64,000 nucleotides of DNA from the human T2T-CHM13v2.0 reference genome, Homo sapiens. The stretch lies in assembly GCF_009914755.1 (NCBI RefSeq), contig NC_060926.1. The stretch is one strand, 5' to 3'. The notes beneath the pieces are model-generated. The model was not told the origin of the DNA. It ran no database searches and was given only the letters and a program-made list of their open reading frames with translations. Positions 42,051 to 59,449 of this stretch are shown piece after piece (the stretch's first letter is position 1; the number at the start of each line of letters is the position of its first letter). The translations under genes were made by a program, and so were the position numbers.

Positions 42051-43473
42051 TTTGTTGACTCTTATTTGGAAAGAGTGTTGTTCAGATACAATCAGTTAAG
42101 AATAGAGTAGACTCATAATCCACTATGACTGGTGTCCTTATAAGAAGGGAAAATTTGGAGACAGACATACATAGAAGGAAGATGATGTGAAGCGACAGGG
42201 AAAAAAATGGCCAACTACAGGCCAAGGAGGAAGGCTTGGAACAGATTCTTCCCTCATGTTCCTCAGAAGGAACCAATCCTGTTGATATTATTTCAGACTT
42301 CTGGGCTCCAGAACTGTGAGACAATAAATTTCTCTTATTTAGCTACTCAATTTGTGATACTTTGTTACAGTATCCCTAGAAAATTAATATACCCACTATA
42401 ACAGCTCTTATATCATAGGCCAAGATACAAATGTGAGAGTTCTGAAAAATTCCATGTATGTCTGTTTCCATTGTACATTTAGGGAATGACCAGTGGTGTG
42501 TCCATGGACCTAGTGGATCCACTGTGAAGCAAATCTGGGCTAGGACTCCACTTATTTTCTGGATTCCATATATTACCACACTGTCATGGGTGCCATGATA
42601 ATACTTTGGGTTTCTAGTATATATGTTAACAGTTCTCTGTCATCTGAGTAAATGGCCATAGATCCTTTTGGGAAGATGAGGGAACTATCATTGTGTACTT
42701 TTGCTGTGGTGTTTCAGGATTGTTTCTCCAGTTTCTCTTCAGTCTGAAAAGGGTTCTGGGTCTGAAAAGTAGCTCACGTCTGAAAATTGAGCAGGAGGTC
42801 ACTGTGACTTTATTTTGTAGCAACTGCCCTCAAGCTCCTGATCATCCTGTCTTGGTTTGTTTAGATTTTATAGGCTGAGCAATACCTTGCTGGCTACCCA
42901 TCTGTTTTGCTCCTAGTTATGCTATGTTCTTTTAATTATCTCCATAGGTCTCTCTCTTTGCAGGTCAGGTCTCTCTGGTTAATCCCTCAACCTTACTGAT
43001 TATTACAATATTTGTGCTCATCTTGCTTCTCATCGGTAAGTACCCCCATCTGGCCTCTATTAGTCTAGGAGCCTATGATGTCAATTCTTATGAAAGAGCT
43101 CAGCTCTGTAATAGCTGTCAACCCTGGCCTCTGGGAGATAGAAACCAATGAATTTAATGATGCTGATGCCTCTCTTAGAACTCCTTATTTATTATTTTTG
43201 TAGACAGAGTGTCCTTCAACATACTCCTCTATTGGGTTTTTCAGACTTACATAATATGTCCATTTTAGCATGCCAGCTTCTAAGGGTCTTTTGATTCCTT
43301 TTCCCGCTGTCTGCCATGTCAGTTCTAGTATTTCTATTTCACTTCTGTGGACAAATGCTTTCTCCACACTGTCTGAAAATATCCTTGCAGCATAATATCA
43401 CATTTACAGAAGTCCTTTATATGGTGTTAAATATTATATCATTGGAGAGTGCTCCCATATTGTCAACCTCTCC

Positions 43474-43765
43474 TTATTTATTATTTTTTTGAGACAGAGC
43501 CTTGCTCTGTGAGCAGGCCGAAATGCATGCTCTTGGCTCACTGCAACCTCCGCCTCCTGGGTTCAAGCAATTCCCTTGCTTCATCCTCCTGAGGAGCTGG
43601 GATTACAGGTGTGTACTGCCACGCCAGGCTAATTTTTGTAATTTTAGTAGAGACAGGCTTTTGCCATGTTGGCCAGGCTGGTCTTGAACTTCTGGCCTCA
43701 AGTAATCTGCTCACCTTGGCCTCCCAAAGTGCTGGGATTATAGGCATGAGCCACCACACCTGGCC
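43474..43765 (-). mobile_element. Alu
   Basis: Reverse-complement Alu dimer. Confidence 0.9.
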
Positions 43766-44465
43766 TACCTCTCTTTATTTAACTTTACTTTCAATTCTTC
43801 TTGGTCCATCACTGTAAAGATCCAATCTCATACCCACTCTCATCCCTCCTGCCAGTACATGTTGGCTAGTTCCTGCGGCTCATTTGAGATAGAATTCTAT
43901 TCCTATATTAGTAGGCTCAGCACTTCCTCTACCAGACTATATTGTGACAACGTGAGTTATTGTTCTTGTGGCCAGAAGAGAGGGAATGAGAATAGATCTT
44001 GAAGGATGTACATATTGCTTTGCAAGACAGAGCCTCTTCACCTGAGTCATTAGAGAGTACTAGTCTTTAACAGGGAGGAGTGGGCCACCTTTGCGGACCC
44101 TGAGGATTTAGGAGGACCTGAGATTCAAGATTCTTGATTGTCTCAAACCAAAGTCCTCATCCTATGTTTTAGGGTCTCAGTACTTTCCAATTAGTGAACC
44201 CTCAAACTTGCCAAGATTGAGAATTCAATTTTCTCTGGAGCACTGATGTCTTTGAAATCAAATCCTGGGCATGATCCTCAGCCGTTCCTCTGCCTGAAAT
44301 GAGAGAGATGAGAATCTCTTTACATCTTTTCAAGAATGTCCGAGTTTATACATCTATGCTTTAATTGAGAATTAAATTAAATTTAATTTGCCTATATCCT
44401 CTCATTTTTCCCTAACACATATCTCCCTCACCTCTGAGTTGAATTGTGTTCCCCAAAATTCATGT

Positions 44466-44528
44466 CTTCTTTCTCTCCCTTCCTTCCTCTCTTTTTCTCT
44501 TTTCTTTCTTTCTTTCCTTCTCTTCTCT

Positions 44529-44585
<57 letters not shown>

Positions 44586-44752
44586 TTTTTCTTTCTTTCC
44601 TTCTTTCTTCCTTCCTTTCTCTCTCTTTTCTTTTCTTGTCTTTTCTTTCTTTTCTTTCTTTCTTTTTCTTTCTCTCTCTCTCTCTCTCTGCCTCTCTCCC
44701 TCCCTCCCTCCCTCCCTCCCTTCCTTCTTTCCTTTCTTTTTTTTCTTTTTTT
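44466..44752 (+). repeat. Compound polypyrimidine microsatellite (CTTT)n/(CT)n/(CCCT)n, expanded Alu tail
   Basis: About 285 bp of nearly pure C/T abutting the Alu at 44740-45029. Confidence 0.95.
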
Positions 44753-45029
44753 GATGTAGTCTCACTCTGTTGCCCAGGCTGGAGTGCAATGGCATGATCT
44801 CGGCTCACTGCAACCTCCGCCTCCGAGGTTAAAGTGATTCTCCAGCCTCAGCCTCCCGAGTAGCTGGGATTACAGGCGTGCACCACCATCCCGGCTAATT
44901 TTTGTATTTTTAGTAGAGACAGGGTTTCACCATGTTGGCCAGGCTGTTCTCAAACTCCTGACCTCATGATACGCCTGCCTCAGCCTCCCTAAGTGCTGGG
45001 ATTACAGGCGTGAACCACCATGCCCAACC
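44740..45029 (-). mobile_element. Alu (S-like) inserted in an MLT1A-like LTR (about 44434-45430)
   Basis: Reverse-complement Alu; MLT1 start gttgaattgtgttccccaaaattcatgt resumes after it. Confidence 0.9.
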
Positions 45030-46771
45030 AATATGTTTATGTGCTAAACCCCATTACCTCAGGTTGTGACTGTGTTTGGAGATAAGGTATTTGCATATGT
45101 AATCACCTAAGTTAAGATAAGGTTATTGGTGTTTGACCTAATTCAATATGATTTATATTCTTATAAAAAAGGAGAAATTTGGACATGAAGGGAGCATGCC
45201 AAGTGAAGGCAGAGATGAAGGTGGTGCTTCTGCAAGCCAAGAAACATGAAACATTGCTGCAAAACCACCAGAAGCTAGGTGAGAGCCATAGGACAGGTTC
45301 TCTCTCATAGTTTTTAGATGGAAACAATCCTGCTGACATTTTGATCTTAGACTTCTAGTCTTCAGAGGTGAGACAGTAAATTATTGTTGTTTGTGCTACT
45401 TTGAGAAAGTGATTCTAGCAAACTAGTATATTCCCCAAGGTCATCTAATACCATAGGCCTAATATTTACTCCTTCCTCTGAATTTCTCAGATGCCTCAGA
45501 TTTGGTTCATTTCAGTGCACTGACTTTGATCTACATCTCATCTGAGCTTATTACTCATGATAGTCTTAACAATTGCATTGGTACATCTTGCTCGGGGATA
45601 TTCATGTTCTTTCTACCTCCAGTGATGGAATCCTCATTGCCAATGGTGACGTGATCCAGCTCCAAAAGTCTTATTTTAGAATTTGCCTCTTGAGTCCACA
45701 TATCGAACCAGTGGTCTTAGGCTGTGTCCCTAGAAAAGACTTTGAGATGGAAATGTGCCTGTAGAAAGTTTATTGAGGAGTGGTCTTAGATCAATACCTG
45801 TGAAGAGAAAAGAAAATAGGATTAGTCAGGAGTAGGAATTAAACTGTAATGTTGTAGCAACAAGGGCCTCAGCCAATCCCACAGGGAGCTCTAAAGATAG
45901 GATAACCCTTCAGAGTTGTGAATTGAGACAAGAGTGCCAGGCCTTTATAGACCAGCATCAACCTGGTGAATGTGGGCTGCCATTGGAGGTTGGGCTAAAA
46001 GCTGTCAGTCCACCACACTCCCAGAGCTGGGGATGAGGGCCACCTTTCTGAAGTGGGGAATATGGCCAGTTCATAGCATCCGTTGCTCTTTCCATTATGA
46101 AACATGTAGACATACTAGATAAAGTGTAATAAATGACCTCTGTATCCATAGGAGGCTTTTGGTATGTACCTGACTACTTGAGCCAACATGTTTCTTTCTA
46201 CTCATAAAAATTATTTAAAAAGCAACTCTAACAACTTACAAACAACAACTTATAAACTCCATTTGTAACAATTTACAAGCTCAATATTCTCCTGAATTAG
46301 GAGATGAGAATATTTTACAGAGTTTAACATAAATACAGTCTTCACAAACCACCCATGAACTGATAAAAACCTCAAAAGAAGTGAAAAAAAAGTACATACA
46401 AAAATGAGAAGGCCCAGTCTTGATGGATGTAAGAAACTGCTTGCAGAAAAGGCTCTCCTGAAATGCAAAAGACATAACCCTCCTTTGCAACCACCAAGAG
46501 CAGGATGCTACTGGGCAAAAGCCACAAAAATATGCTTCATGAAAGTAAGGAACTCGCCCTTAAGTATAAAAAGTTTCTCCTGCATTTGCAAAAATATGTG
46601 GGAAATGATGTGAGTAGGGCTGAAATTGAGCAGAAGCCTACAGGAAAAAGTGAAAAGAAGCACAGAGGATGGTTAAAGCACCAGTGGCAGCAGTTTTCAG
46701 AAAGTCCAGGAAAAAATACACTTTCTAAAGGTGAGGGGCTCACTCTGAATTGCAAAAGCAATATTTATTTA

Positions 46772-49535
<2,764 letters not shown>

Positions 49536-50219
49536 TGCATGCAGTTTTGATTAGGGAATCATGTTTAATAGTACAAAGGAAAACAACTAGAAGAATAATG
49601 TTATTCACCAAAAATGAATGGTGAAAGAGAAAGGTTAAGGGACAGGTAATGAAACAGACTAATTTTATCATTGTTCATAGGAGAGAGTTAATAGAGGATC
49701 AATGGGTTTTACATTAAGACATCATTCTAAAATTGTCCCTAGAACAAAAGTGTAAAATTTCTTAGGTAACAAAAGAATGATATAGAAAAATTGCTTCTAC
49801 ATGTGAAAAAAATAAGAAAAATATCAAAATATGACAAAAGACCAAATATATAAAAATATTTTTAGATTAAAGAGCAAAATTAACCCTTTGTGTTGTAATG
49901 AATGTATTATTTGAATGTTTGTGATCTACTGAAATTAGAAAACCTGGGGTGGGACCCCCCAGTCTTTGTTTTAACCAGTCCTCCATGTGATTCTGAAACA
50001 CACTCTTTGAAACCACCAGTCTAGAAAAAACACACATCTGCCCACAAAAGGACATCTATAAGTGTATTGCAGAATTATTTGTAGTCATACACAAATTAGA
50101 AGTATCCTAAGTCTTTATTAGTAGGCAGAATATATAAATAAATTCTGTCATAGTCTACAATAGAATGCTATACTGGAGTTAAAATGGTAATATGGATAAA
50201 TCTAAAAAATAGAACACTA

Positions 50220-50862
<643 letters not shown>

Positions 50863-50892
50863 CAGACTTTCTATAATAAGATACTCTTTATA

Positions 50893-51252
50893 CGTATTAA
50901 TCTGTTCTCATGCTGCTAATAAAGATATACCCGAGACTGGGTAATTTATAAAGGAAAGAGGTTTAATTGACTCACAGTTCCACATGGCTGGGGAGGCCTC
51001 ACAATCATGGCAGAAGGCAAAGGAGGAGTAAAGTCATATCTTACATGGTGGCAGGCAAGAGTGTGTGCAGGGAAACTGTGCTTTATAAAACCATTAGATC
51101 TCATGAGACTTATTCACTATCAGGACAACAGCACAGGGAAGACCTACCCGCATGATTCAGTTAACTCCCACCAGGTCCCTCCCATGGCACATGGGAATTA
51201 TGGGAGCTACAATTCAAGATGAGATGGGTGGGGACACACCCAAAGCATATCA
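50893..51252 (-). mobile_element. THE1 solo LTR
   Basis: Reverse-complement THE1 with 5-bp TSD ttata. Confidence 0.88.
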
Positions 51253-51337
51253 TTATAAAAAGTTTAAAAAATAGTATACTGAGTTTATGAATATTCACAT
51301 TTGTCATCAAAGTATAAAATATGCATGTGAATAATAA

Positions 51338-52355
51338 TATTGGGGGAACCAGCCCCCAATATTTCAACGTAGGTTCTTTTCTATTTTCCCTAAGTGTTGG
51401 CCAGTCTGAGAAATAAAGAGGAAGAGTACAAAGAGAGAAATTTTACAGCTGGGCCTCTGGGGGCGACATCACATATCAGCAGCTTCCGTGATGCCCACCT
51501 GAGCCGCAAAACCAGCAAGTTTTTATTAGGGATTTTAAAAGGGGAGGGGTGTACGAATAAGGAGTAGGTCACAGAGATTACATGCTTCAAAGGGCAATAA
51601 GAGATCACAAGGGCAGAGCAACATCACAAGGCAAGGGCGAAATTAGAATTACTGATGAGGGTCCATGTCCTGCTGGGCATGCATTGTCTTGATAAACATC
51701 TTAACAGGAAACAGGGTTCAAGAGCAGACAACCTGTCTGATTAGAATTCACCAGGCTGGAATTTTCCAATCTTAGTAAGCCTGAGGGCACTGCAGGAGAC
51801 CAGGGCGTATTTCATCCCTTCTCTCAACTGCATAAGACAGACACTCCCAGAGTGGTCGTCTATAGGCCTACCCCTGGGAATGCATTCCTTCCCCAGGGTT
51901 ATTCCTTGCTGGGAAAAGAATTCAGTGATATTTCTCTTATTCGCTTTCTGCAAGAAGAAAAATACGACTCTGTTCTGCCTGGCCCCGCAGGCAGTCAGAC
52001 CTTATGGTTATCTTCCCTTGTTCCCTGAAGATCGCTGTTATTCTGTTCTTTTTTCAGGGTGCACTGATTTCATATTGTTCAAACACCCATGTTTTACAAT
52101 CAGATTTCATATTGTTCAAACACACATGCTTTACAAACAATTTGTACAGTTAACGCAATCATCACAGGGTCCTGAGGTGACATATATCCTCAGTTTATGA
52201 AGATAACAGGATTAAGAGATTAAAGACCGTCATAAGAAATTATAAGAGTTTTGATTTTGCGAACTAATAAATGTCCATGAAATCTTCACAATTTATGTTC
52301 TTCTGCCACAGCTTCAGCTGGTCCCTCCATTCGGGGTCCCTGACTTCCTGCAACA
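51338..52355 (-). mobile_element. MER11 solo LTR (HERV-K11/HML-8)
   Basis: Minus-strand start TGTTGCAGGAAGTCAGGGACCCCGAA; about 1.0 kb; 6-bp TSD taataa. Confidence 0.88.
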
Positions 52356-53929
52356 TAATAAGAACTAAATCAGAATAGCAGTTACTTCATGATGGGGAGG
52401 GCAGGAATGGGATCACGGGAGAGTTTTACAAAATAGTTCATTTCTATTTGTAAACTTATATTTGAAAACCTTTGTGGTGAGTACTCAGGTGGTTGTTATA
52501 TTATTGTATAATATTTTTATGCTTGAAACATTCTATTAAAGAGAGAATAATTTTACATACAAAAATAGATTATATAGGGATATCTAGTGGGGACTAAGGC
52601 AAACTGAGAATCCATGCCCCATCCAAAGAGGACAAAGTCTACTCAGCGCCAGCCCATTTGTTACCATTTAGCAGTGCTCATCCAGTTGCAGATCTTTCCA
52701 TTTTTCAAGCATAATAAAAAACTAGGATTGTTATATAAATACCTTAATATTTGAAAGTTTGTAAGTAATTGAAAAGAAATCCACAATGCAGATTGAACAA
52801 AGTGGGATTTAGCTAGCTTCAGTTAGTGGGTTACCAGTTTGCTGCTTCCTCTTTTATAGATATGTCAACTCTAAGGCATTAAAAGTTCAGGATAATTTCA
52901 TCTGATTTCGTATTTGTCCTGTTCTACAGATATATTTGGGTTTATTAAATTGTATCAATGCTATAGTGTTTTAATGAACAATATTCTCCAACTTGTATGC
53001 AGGTGACTACAAAGTTTCAATGATGTCGGACATTAAATTCAAAGGGAACAATGGCAGGGCATAAGAGTAGAAGGGTGTAGACAAGGGCTGGATATTGTAT
53101 TCTTGTATTACTTCACATGACTGTTCAAAGAGTCATATATTCTGAAAGAAGTGCTTCATATAACTTTAAGGAATATACACATATATACACACATATATAT
53201 ATATTTATTTGTGTAATGATAAACTCTGGCTGCCATATGTCTGTGGAACATCTGGATGACTTTGAATAAATGTTTTACTTTCCTTAAGGCTCTAGGTTTT
53301 CCCTGTGGAATGAGCCACATCTTGGCTCTCCTCCCACAGGCACTCAGCTCAATCCTAGATTCATTAATATTTGTTTAATTAATACATGAATTAACAAATG
53401 AGTAAATTATATATAAAGCAAAGAGCTTAGTCCAAAGGTATGCAAAGTTCACATTCTGTGATACATAATGCTATGAAAATATTTCTTCCCTATCTGTACA
53501 ACCAGATCAACATTTATAAAATGCATTTTATAATAAAACCAGAAGATGGCAATAGAGTAACATAAATCTAAACACTACAGGCACTTCATAGTTTTATACA
53601 GCCTTTGTCCTTCAATATACTTGTATTGACTACTCTAACCCTTTGTCTCCAATTCCTATAAATACCTTACTATGAAAGTGGGCTGAAACATACACTTTCC
53701 TTAAAAAAAAAAAAATCAATAACAAAAACCCACATAGTAAAAGCATTCTCTTGCTGTGTGCAAAAGAATAGCAGGAGACTTTCTCACACAGGTAAGTTCT
53801 CAATTTAAGAAGTTTGTGAGAACACAAAATGAAGACTATCCAGAGAAATTGCCACACCCCAGATTAATTAAGATACATGTAATTGCTTTCAGCTCTAATT
53901 TCCGATATATAATATAACACAGTGGTTAA

Positions 53930-54571
<642 letters not shown>

Positions 54572-55735
54572 GTTTGCTGAAAAGATTTGGGTTTAATTCT
54601 GGTTTTTCCATTTACAGGCTCTGTGACCGTGGGCAAGTTTTTCTGACAATTTCCCCTTCTGTAAACTAGGATAATAATAATAGCTGTTATCTTGTGGTGA
54701 CATGATAAGGATTAAATGAAATGACACATTTAGCTCAGTGTCTGACAAGTAATAGGAAGCTAAAAAATGTTAGCTATTATCCTTGACACTAAATTTGGAT
54801 GAAAGAAAGTTGTTTTGTATTAATTTCGAAGGAAGGCTAAACATTGAGTGGTTTCAGAATAATTTTTGAAGTTTGTAAAGTAAATAATTGAAGCAAAGTA
54901 AAAGAGAACAATTTCCAGGAGCAGGTTGCAAGTTTCTATTCACTGTGGATGTTAACCAAGTACTACTTTTATATAAGAGCTAAGCAGACTGGTGTTTCAT
55001 TTAGTTTCCCTTTCTTTGCCAAAGATTATTATTATCCTTAACACTCTGCATTCAATCTCCCCTAATCAGTTTATTAAGTAAATACAGGCCCAGTTCCATT
55101 TATTGATGATGTGGTTGGAGACTTAGCAGAACTATGTGAAGTGATCTTATTTGTGACTGCGATGGTGTTAAAAATATCAATAAACGGAGATCTTTCTATT
55201 GCTCAACCTGAGATATCCGGTATTCAATAGTAACATGGTTGTTATGCTTATGAAATTTTGCATTTTAACTTGCATAAAATAAAAACTGCATTCAGATGAG
55301 TAAAGGGGTTCCAATCTCTAACTTGAGAGAGAAATGTCATTAAGGATAACTTACCTTCTCAGAAGTCTGTGAGCTTGTAGAGAAAAACCAGCACCATAAT
55401 TGACAACTTCTTTTATACCAGCTGAAGCAGACATGAGAGTCAGTGAAGTATAGTACACAGAATGATCACATTCACTGCCTTAGTAGACGTGACATTTCCT
55501 GGTCTACTGTCATTTTTTTCTCTTTGAAATCTAGACAGTATGAGTAATTGATGCTAAGTACTTGCATTTGAATACTAAAGTTCTACCAAGCCAGCACTTC
55601 TTATCTCTGGCTGCATATTAGTAACACCCAAGAGTTTTACAAATGTCAAAGCCAAGGGTCTCATTCCAGAGCTCTTAAATCAGAATTTCTGGAGGAAGGA
55701 ACATAAATTATTTTTAAAAAATGTTTCCTAGGTAT

Positions 55736-56042
<307 letters not shown>

Positions 56043-57941
56043 GTTTCCTAGGTGATTTTAATATTCTCCTCAGCTTCCCTTCCACACCTTTCAGAAGACA
56101 ACCCCCTACTTTAGCAAATCAACTTCATCTAATGGGATTGCCTTAGTTTTCTACCGCTGTATTTCCTAATGAGCCTTTACTTTACAGATCCAGTTCTCTC
56201 TACTTGTCTCGAAGGCTGAAATGTCTTCACCACCACACTCCCCTACCCAAGGCTTTCTCCTCCACCTTAAACATACCTACCTCTTTCAGGATTGTGTTCC
56301 TTCAATTATCCTCTCTCATTTTGAGTTTTCAGTTCAGGCTTAACAAACTATTGAATGCCTCATAAGTGCCAGATGCGAGGACTACAAAAGAGAATGAGAT
56401 AGTCAAGGAGGAGTCAAGAAAGGGACACAGAAATACAGACCTAATTATACTGTGTTATGATTTGGGCAACAAAGGAAACATGTAAAGAACATAGAAGTAG
56501 CAAAAAGGAAGGCGATTGCCAAATCTTTCTGTACCTAATTCCTTTTATACTGGAAAAAAAAATTAGTTTTGTTTATCCCAAATGGCAATAACCTTCCTTT
56601 GATTCTTAAATTAATTGTCCTATTTCCCATTTTTGCATTCATTTCCAAATTTCTTCAAAGGGTGACTTATATTTCATGCCTTCAGTTTCCCACACATTTC
56701 TTAACCTTCTCCATTCTGACATCTGTTTGTTCTGCTAATATTTTCTGGTGCTCAACTTTTTTGAAAATCTCATCAAATTATCACTTTCATCTAGAAAAGC
56801 AATATAAGTATGGATTTAGTATCTTGAAAATGAAAACAGTATCTTATTTTTTTTTAAATCCGCAGTGCTAAGTATGTTTTTAAAACCTCTAATGTTAGAT
56901 TGATGCTTCTAATACGCTTAGATGTTAGATCACTTCAGTTTAACAATCTCCTAACTTTCAGTCTGTATTTCTAGTGGTCTGCTGATTATCTCTTCATGCT
57001 CTCAAAAATTAATTTTGTCCTAAACTATTTTTTCATTTATTCTCCTGAATTAATCCATTCATGTTTTCAACAAATATTGGCCGAATGACCACCAGCCACC
57101 AGGCACCACGCTAGTCACTAGGAATTCATTGGCAAATAAAGATGACGTAGTCCCCTTTTTCATAAAGATTACCCTCTAAGGAGGTTCTTGATTTATTATA
57201 GTATCACTACATTTTAGATATTTAGGCCTAAAATTTTAAAATAATAACTGACTTCTCATTCATTCAACAAATCCTTTATAGTTTATCTTCTCAATGGCTC
57301 AATACAGCTGAATCATTGTGATATTCTTCCAGAGCTCTTAAATCAGAATTTCTGGAGGAAGGAACATAAATTATTTTAAAAAAAATGTTTCCTAGGTGTA
57401 GGCTGGGCACAGTGGCTCAATTCAGTTCCTCTTCAATTTCTTAATTTTCTAAAAATATTCTTAGAGCCTCACTTTGAGCTCTTTACTTTTCTGTTCAAAT
57501 AACTTCAGTAGTTTCATTTCACTTCTCTGTTTAAACACTTTCAAAGGGTTCAAAACCCATAGGCTGAAACTCAGGGTCCTTTTCAATCAGGCCCTACCAC
57601 ATTTGTCTGAAGTCTCTGTGCTGTTCTCTTACATGTACATTTCCACTCTGACCATACTAGTCTCCTTGTGGCTCCCTGAGCACACATTTCACATTCTTGT
57701 CTCTGGGTCTTTCTCTCGGCCTGGTTCTTAAGATAGCCCCCTCCTCTCCTTTTCTTATTCATTGGAACCCAAGCCACCCTTATCAGTTCAGCTCAAATTC
57801 TTCCTCCATTTTTCACCCCCCTTTCTCCTCACTCTGCATACTCTTCTTTACCTGGGAATTGCTATAAGGATTTGTTGTTGCATTGGCTTGTTTGTTTGTT
57901 TTATTCCTAAGAGCTTTGTGATAATCTATTGCCTCTATCAC

Positions 57942-58288
57942 TGTATGGTAGACTTACGTGACAGCAATCTCTTAATTAAGCATACCCTGAGAATGACCCT
58001 GTGTAACAGACACACCTGAAAGCAATAACTTAACTGAAGAAATAAGTGTTGCCACGTGGAAGTTGCTGGCTGGTGGGGGCGGTTGCTAACCGAAAGTGCT
58101 GTATAAACTGCATGCTTTTTTGCAAGCAGTGACCGGTTCTCCTGTTCAGACTGCTACCACTGGACTGCCCTGGTATGTGAGTTCTCTCAAATGAAACCCC
58201 ATGTCTTATTTGCTGTATGTGGGTCTCTTCTTCGGCCTTTTAAACCTGGTGCCATCCCTGCTGAGGTTAATAGGGGTCCAGCATGACA
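57942..58288 (+). mobile_element. ERVL solo LTR (LTR47-like)
   Basis: TG...CA, aagcataccctgagaatgaccctg motif, near-match flanks atcac/ataac. Confidence 0.65.
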
Positions 58289-58667
58289 ATAACATACAAT
58301 TTGCATTCATTTTTCTGGTAGAAATATTACTAATAAACAAGACCAGTAGCTCCAATTCAAGCTACTTTTTCTATAGGACGTGTCATTTTTTGGCCCAAGC
58401 TCACCAAGTTATACTACTAGGTGTTTCTATGCTCTTTTATGAGCGGAATAAAGAACATACTTATTAAGCAACTGAGAACTTAGTATATGCGTTATTTTAT
58501 TCTTAACACAATCAGAAAGAATTGTATTGTGGGCTTATATTTTATGTTAGTCAGCTAATGGTATTTTAGATTACTTATTCCCATTTGAAATTAGTAGACA
58601 TTAAGAAATCAGTATTACATTGAAATATTCAGGAATAAGAGGGCATGATGTCTGCAACGTACTCCCT

Positions 58668-59068
58668 TGTATAAGCGTGTGTTTTGGGCTGGTACGGATT
58701 CCAAAGAAAGAAGCAGTAAATGCCAGGGTGATCAGGCCAAAGCATTTATTAGGGGAAGTTACTTACAGAGTGCTGCAGCAATCCTCATGACAGAGAAAAG
58801 AGGTGTTCTTGCTAAGTGTGTCGCCAGTGAGGGGGTCAGGGTATGAAGTTTGTTTAAGATTTTAAGGAATTTGGCTCAGGGCAGGGACAGTTTGCTTCAG
58901 TGTTTTGGGCAATGTCTTAGATACCTGGGAATGTTTAGGCCCCAGTTTTGGTTCAAGCCTGCTGGGAAAGGCCTGCAGCTGGCTGGGTCACAGAGTGGTC
59001 AAGGCACTTCATGATTTTTGGTCAGAATACAGAAAGACAGTTGGGGGAGAACTGGGGACCCTACAACA
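58668..59068 (-). mobile_element. ERV solo LTR (family unassigned)
   Basis: TG...CA ends, AATAAA on minus near 58745, interrupts an L1M-like relic. Confidence 0.5.
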
Positions 59069-59449
59069 TGAGAGAGGACAATAGAGCAAATGTGGAAACA
59101 TTGTACTTGTCTTGTATCATATAAAAATGGTTGTGAATCTAGTGAAAGATACATGGAAGTTCTTTGTACTACTTAACAATTTTTCTGTGAGCCAGAAATT
59201 GTTTCATAAAAATATTGTTTTAAAAATCTGAGATGTAAATATCTTTAGTTCTATTTGGGTTGAGGGTAATACCAAAATAAGTTTCCTTGAATATCAATAA
59301 ATGTAATTTTAAAGGTTTTAAATGCTCAAAATTAAGAAACTATTTAAAACTCTTTCCATTAAAAACCTAACTCAAAAGAACAACAAAACATCTGTTTTCA
59401 TTTTTAAAGATAATTAGTATAACTATATTTTGTATCAGAAATATTTTCC

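Larger units (their letters stand above)
42400..46030 (-). mobile_element. Degenerate ERVL-type internal region and LTR (LTR16/HERV16-like) with later Alu and MLT1A insertions
   Basis: LTR16-like gtcttaggctgtgtccctagaa...tttattgaggagtg near 45715; diverged gag/pol-like composition to its left. Confidence 0.45.

Noticed and set aside
44388-44808. F/L/S-rich and K/E/R-rich ORFs
   Set aside because: Translations of the (CTTT)n microsatellite.
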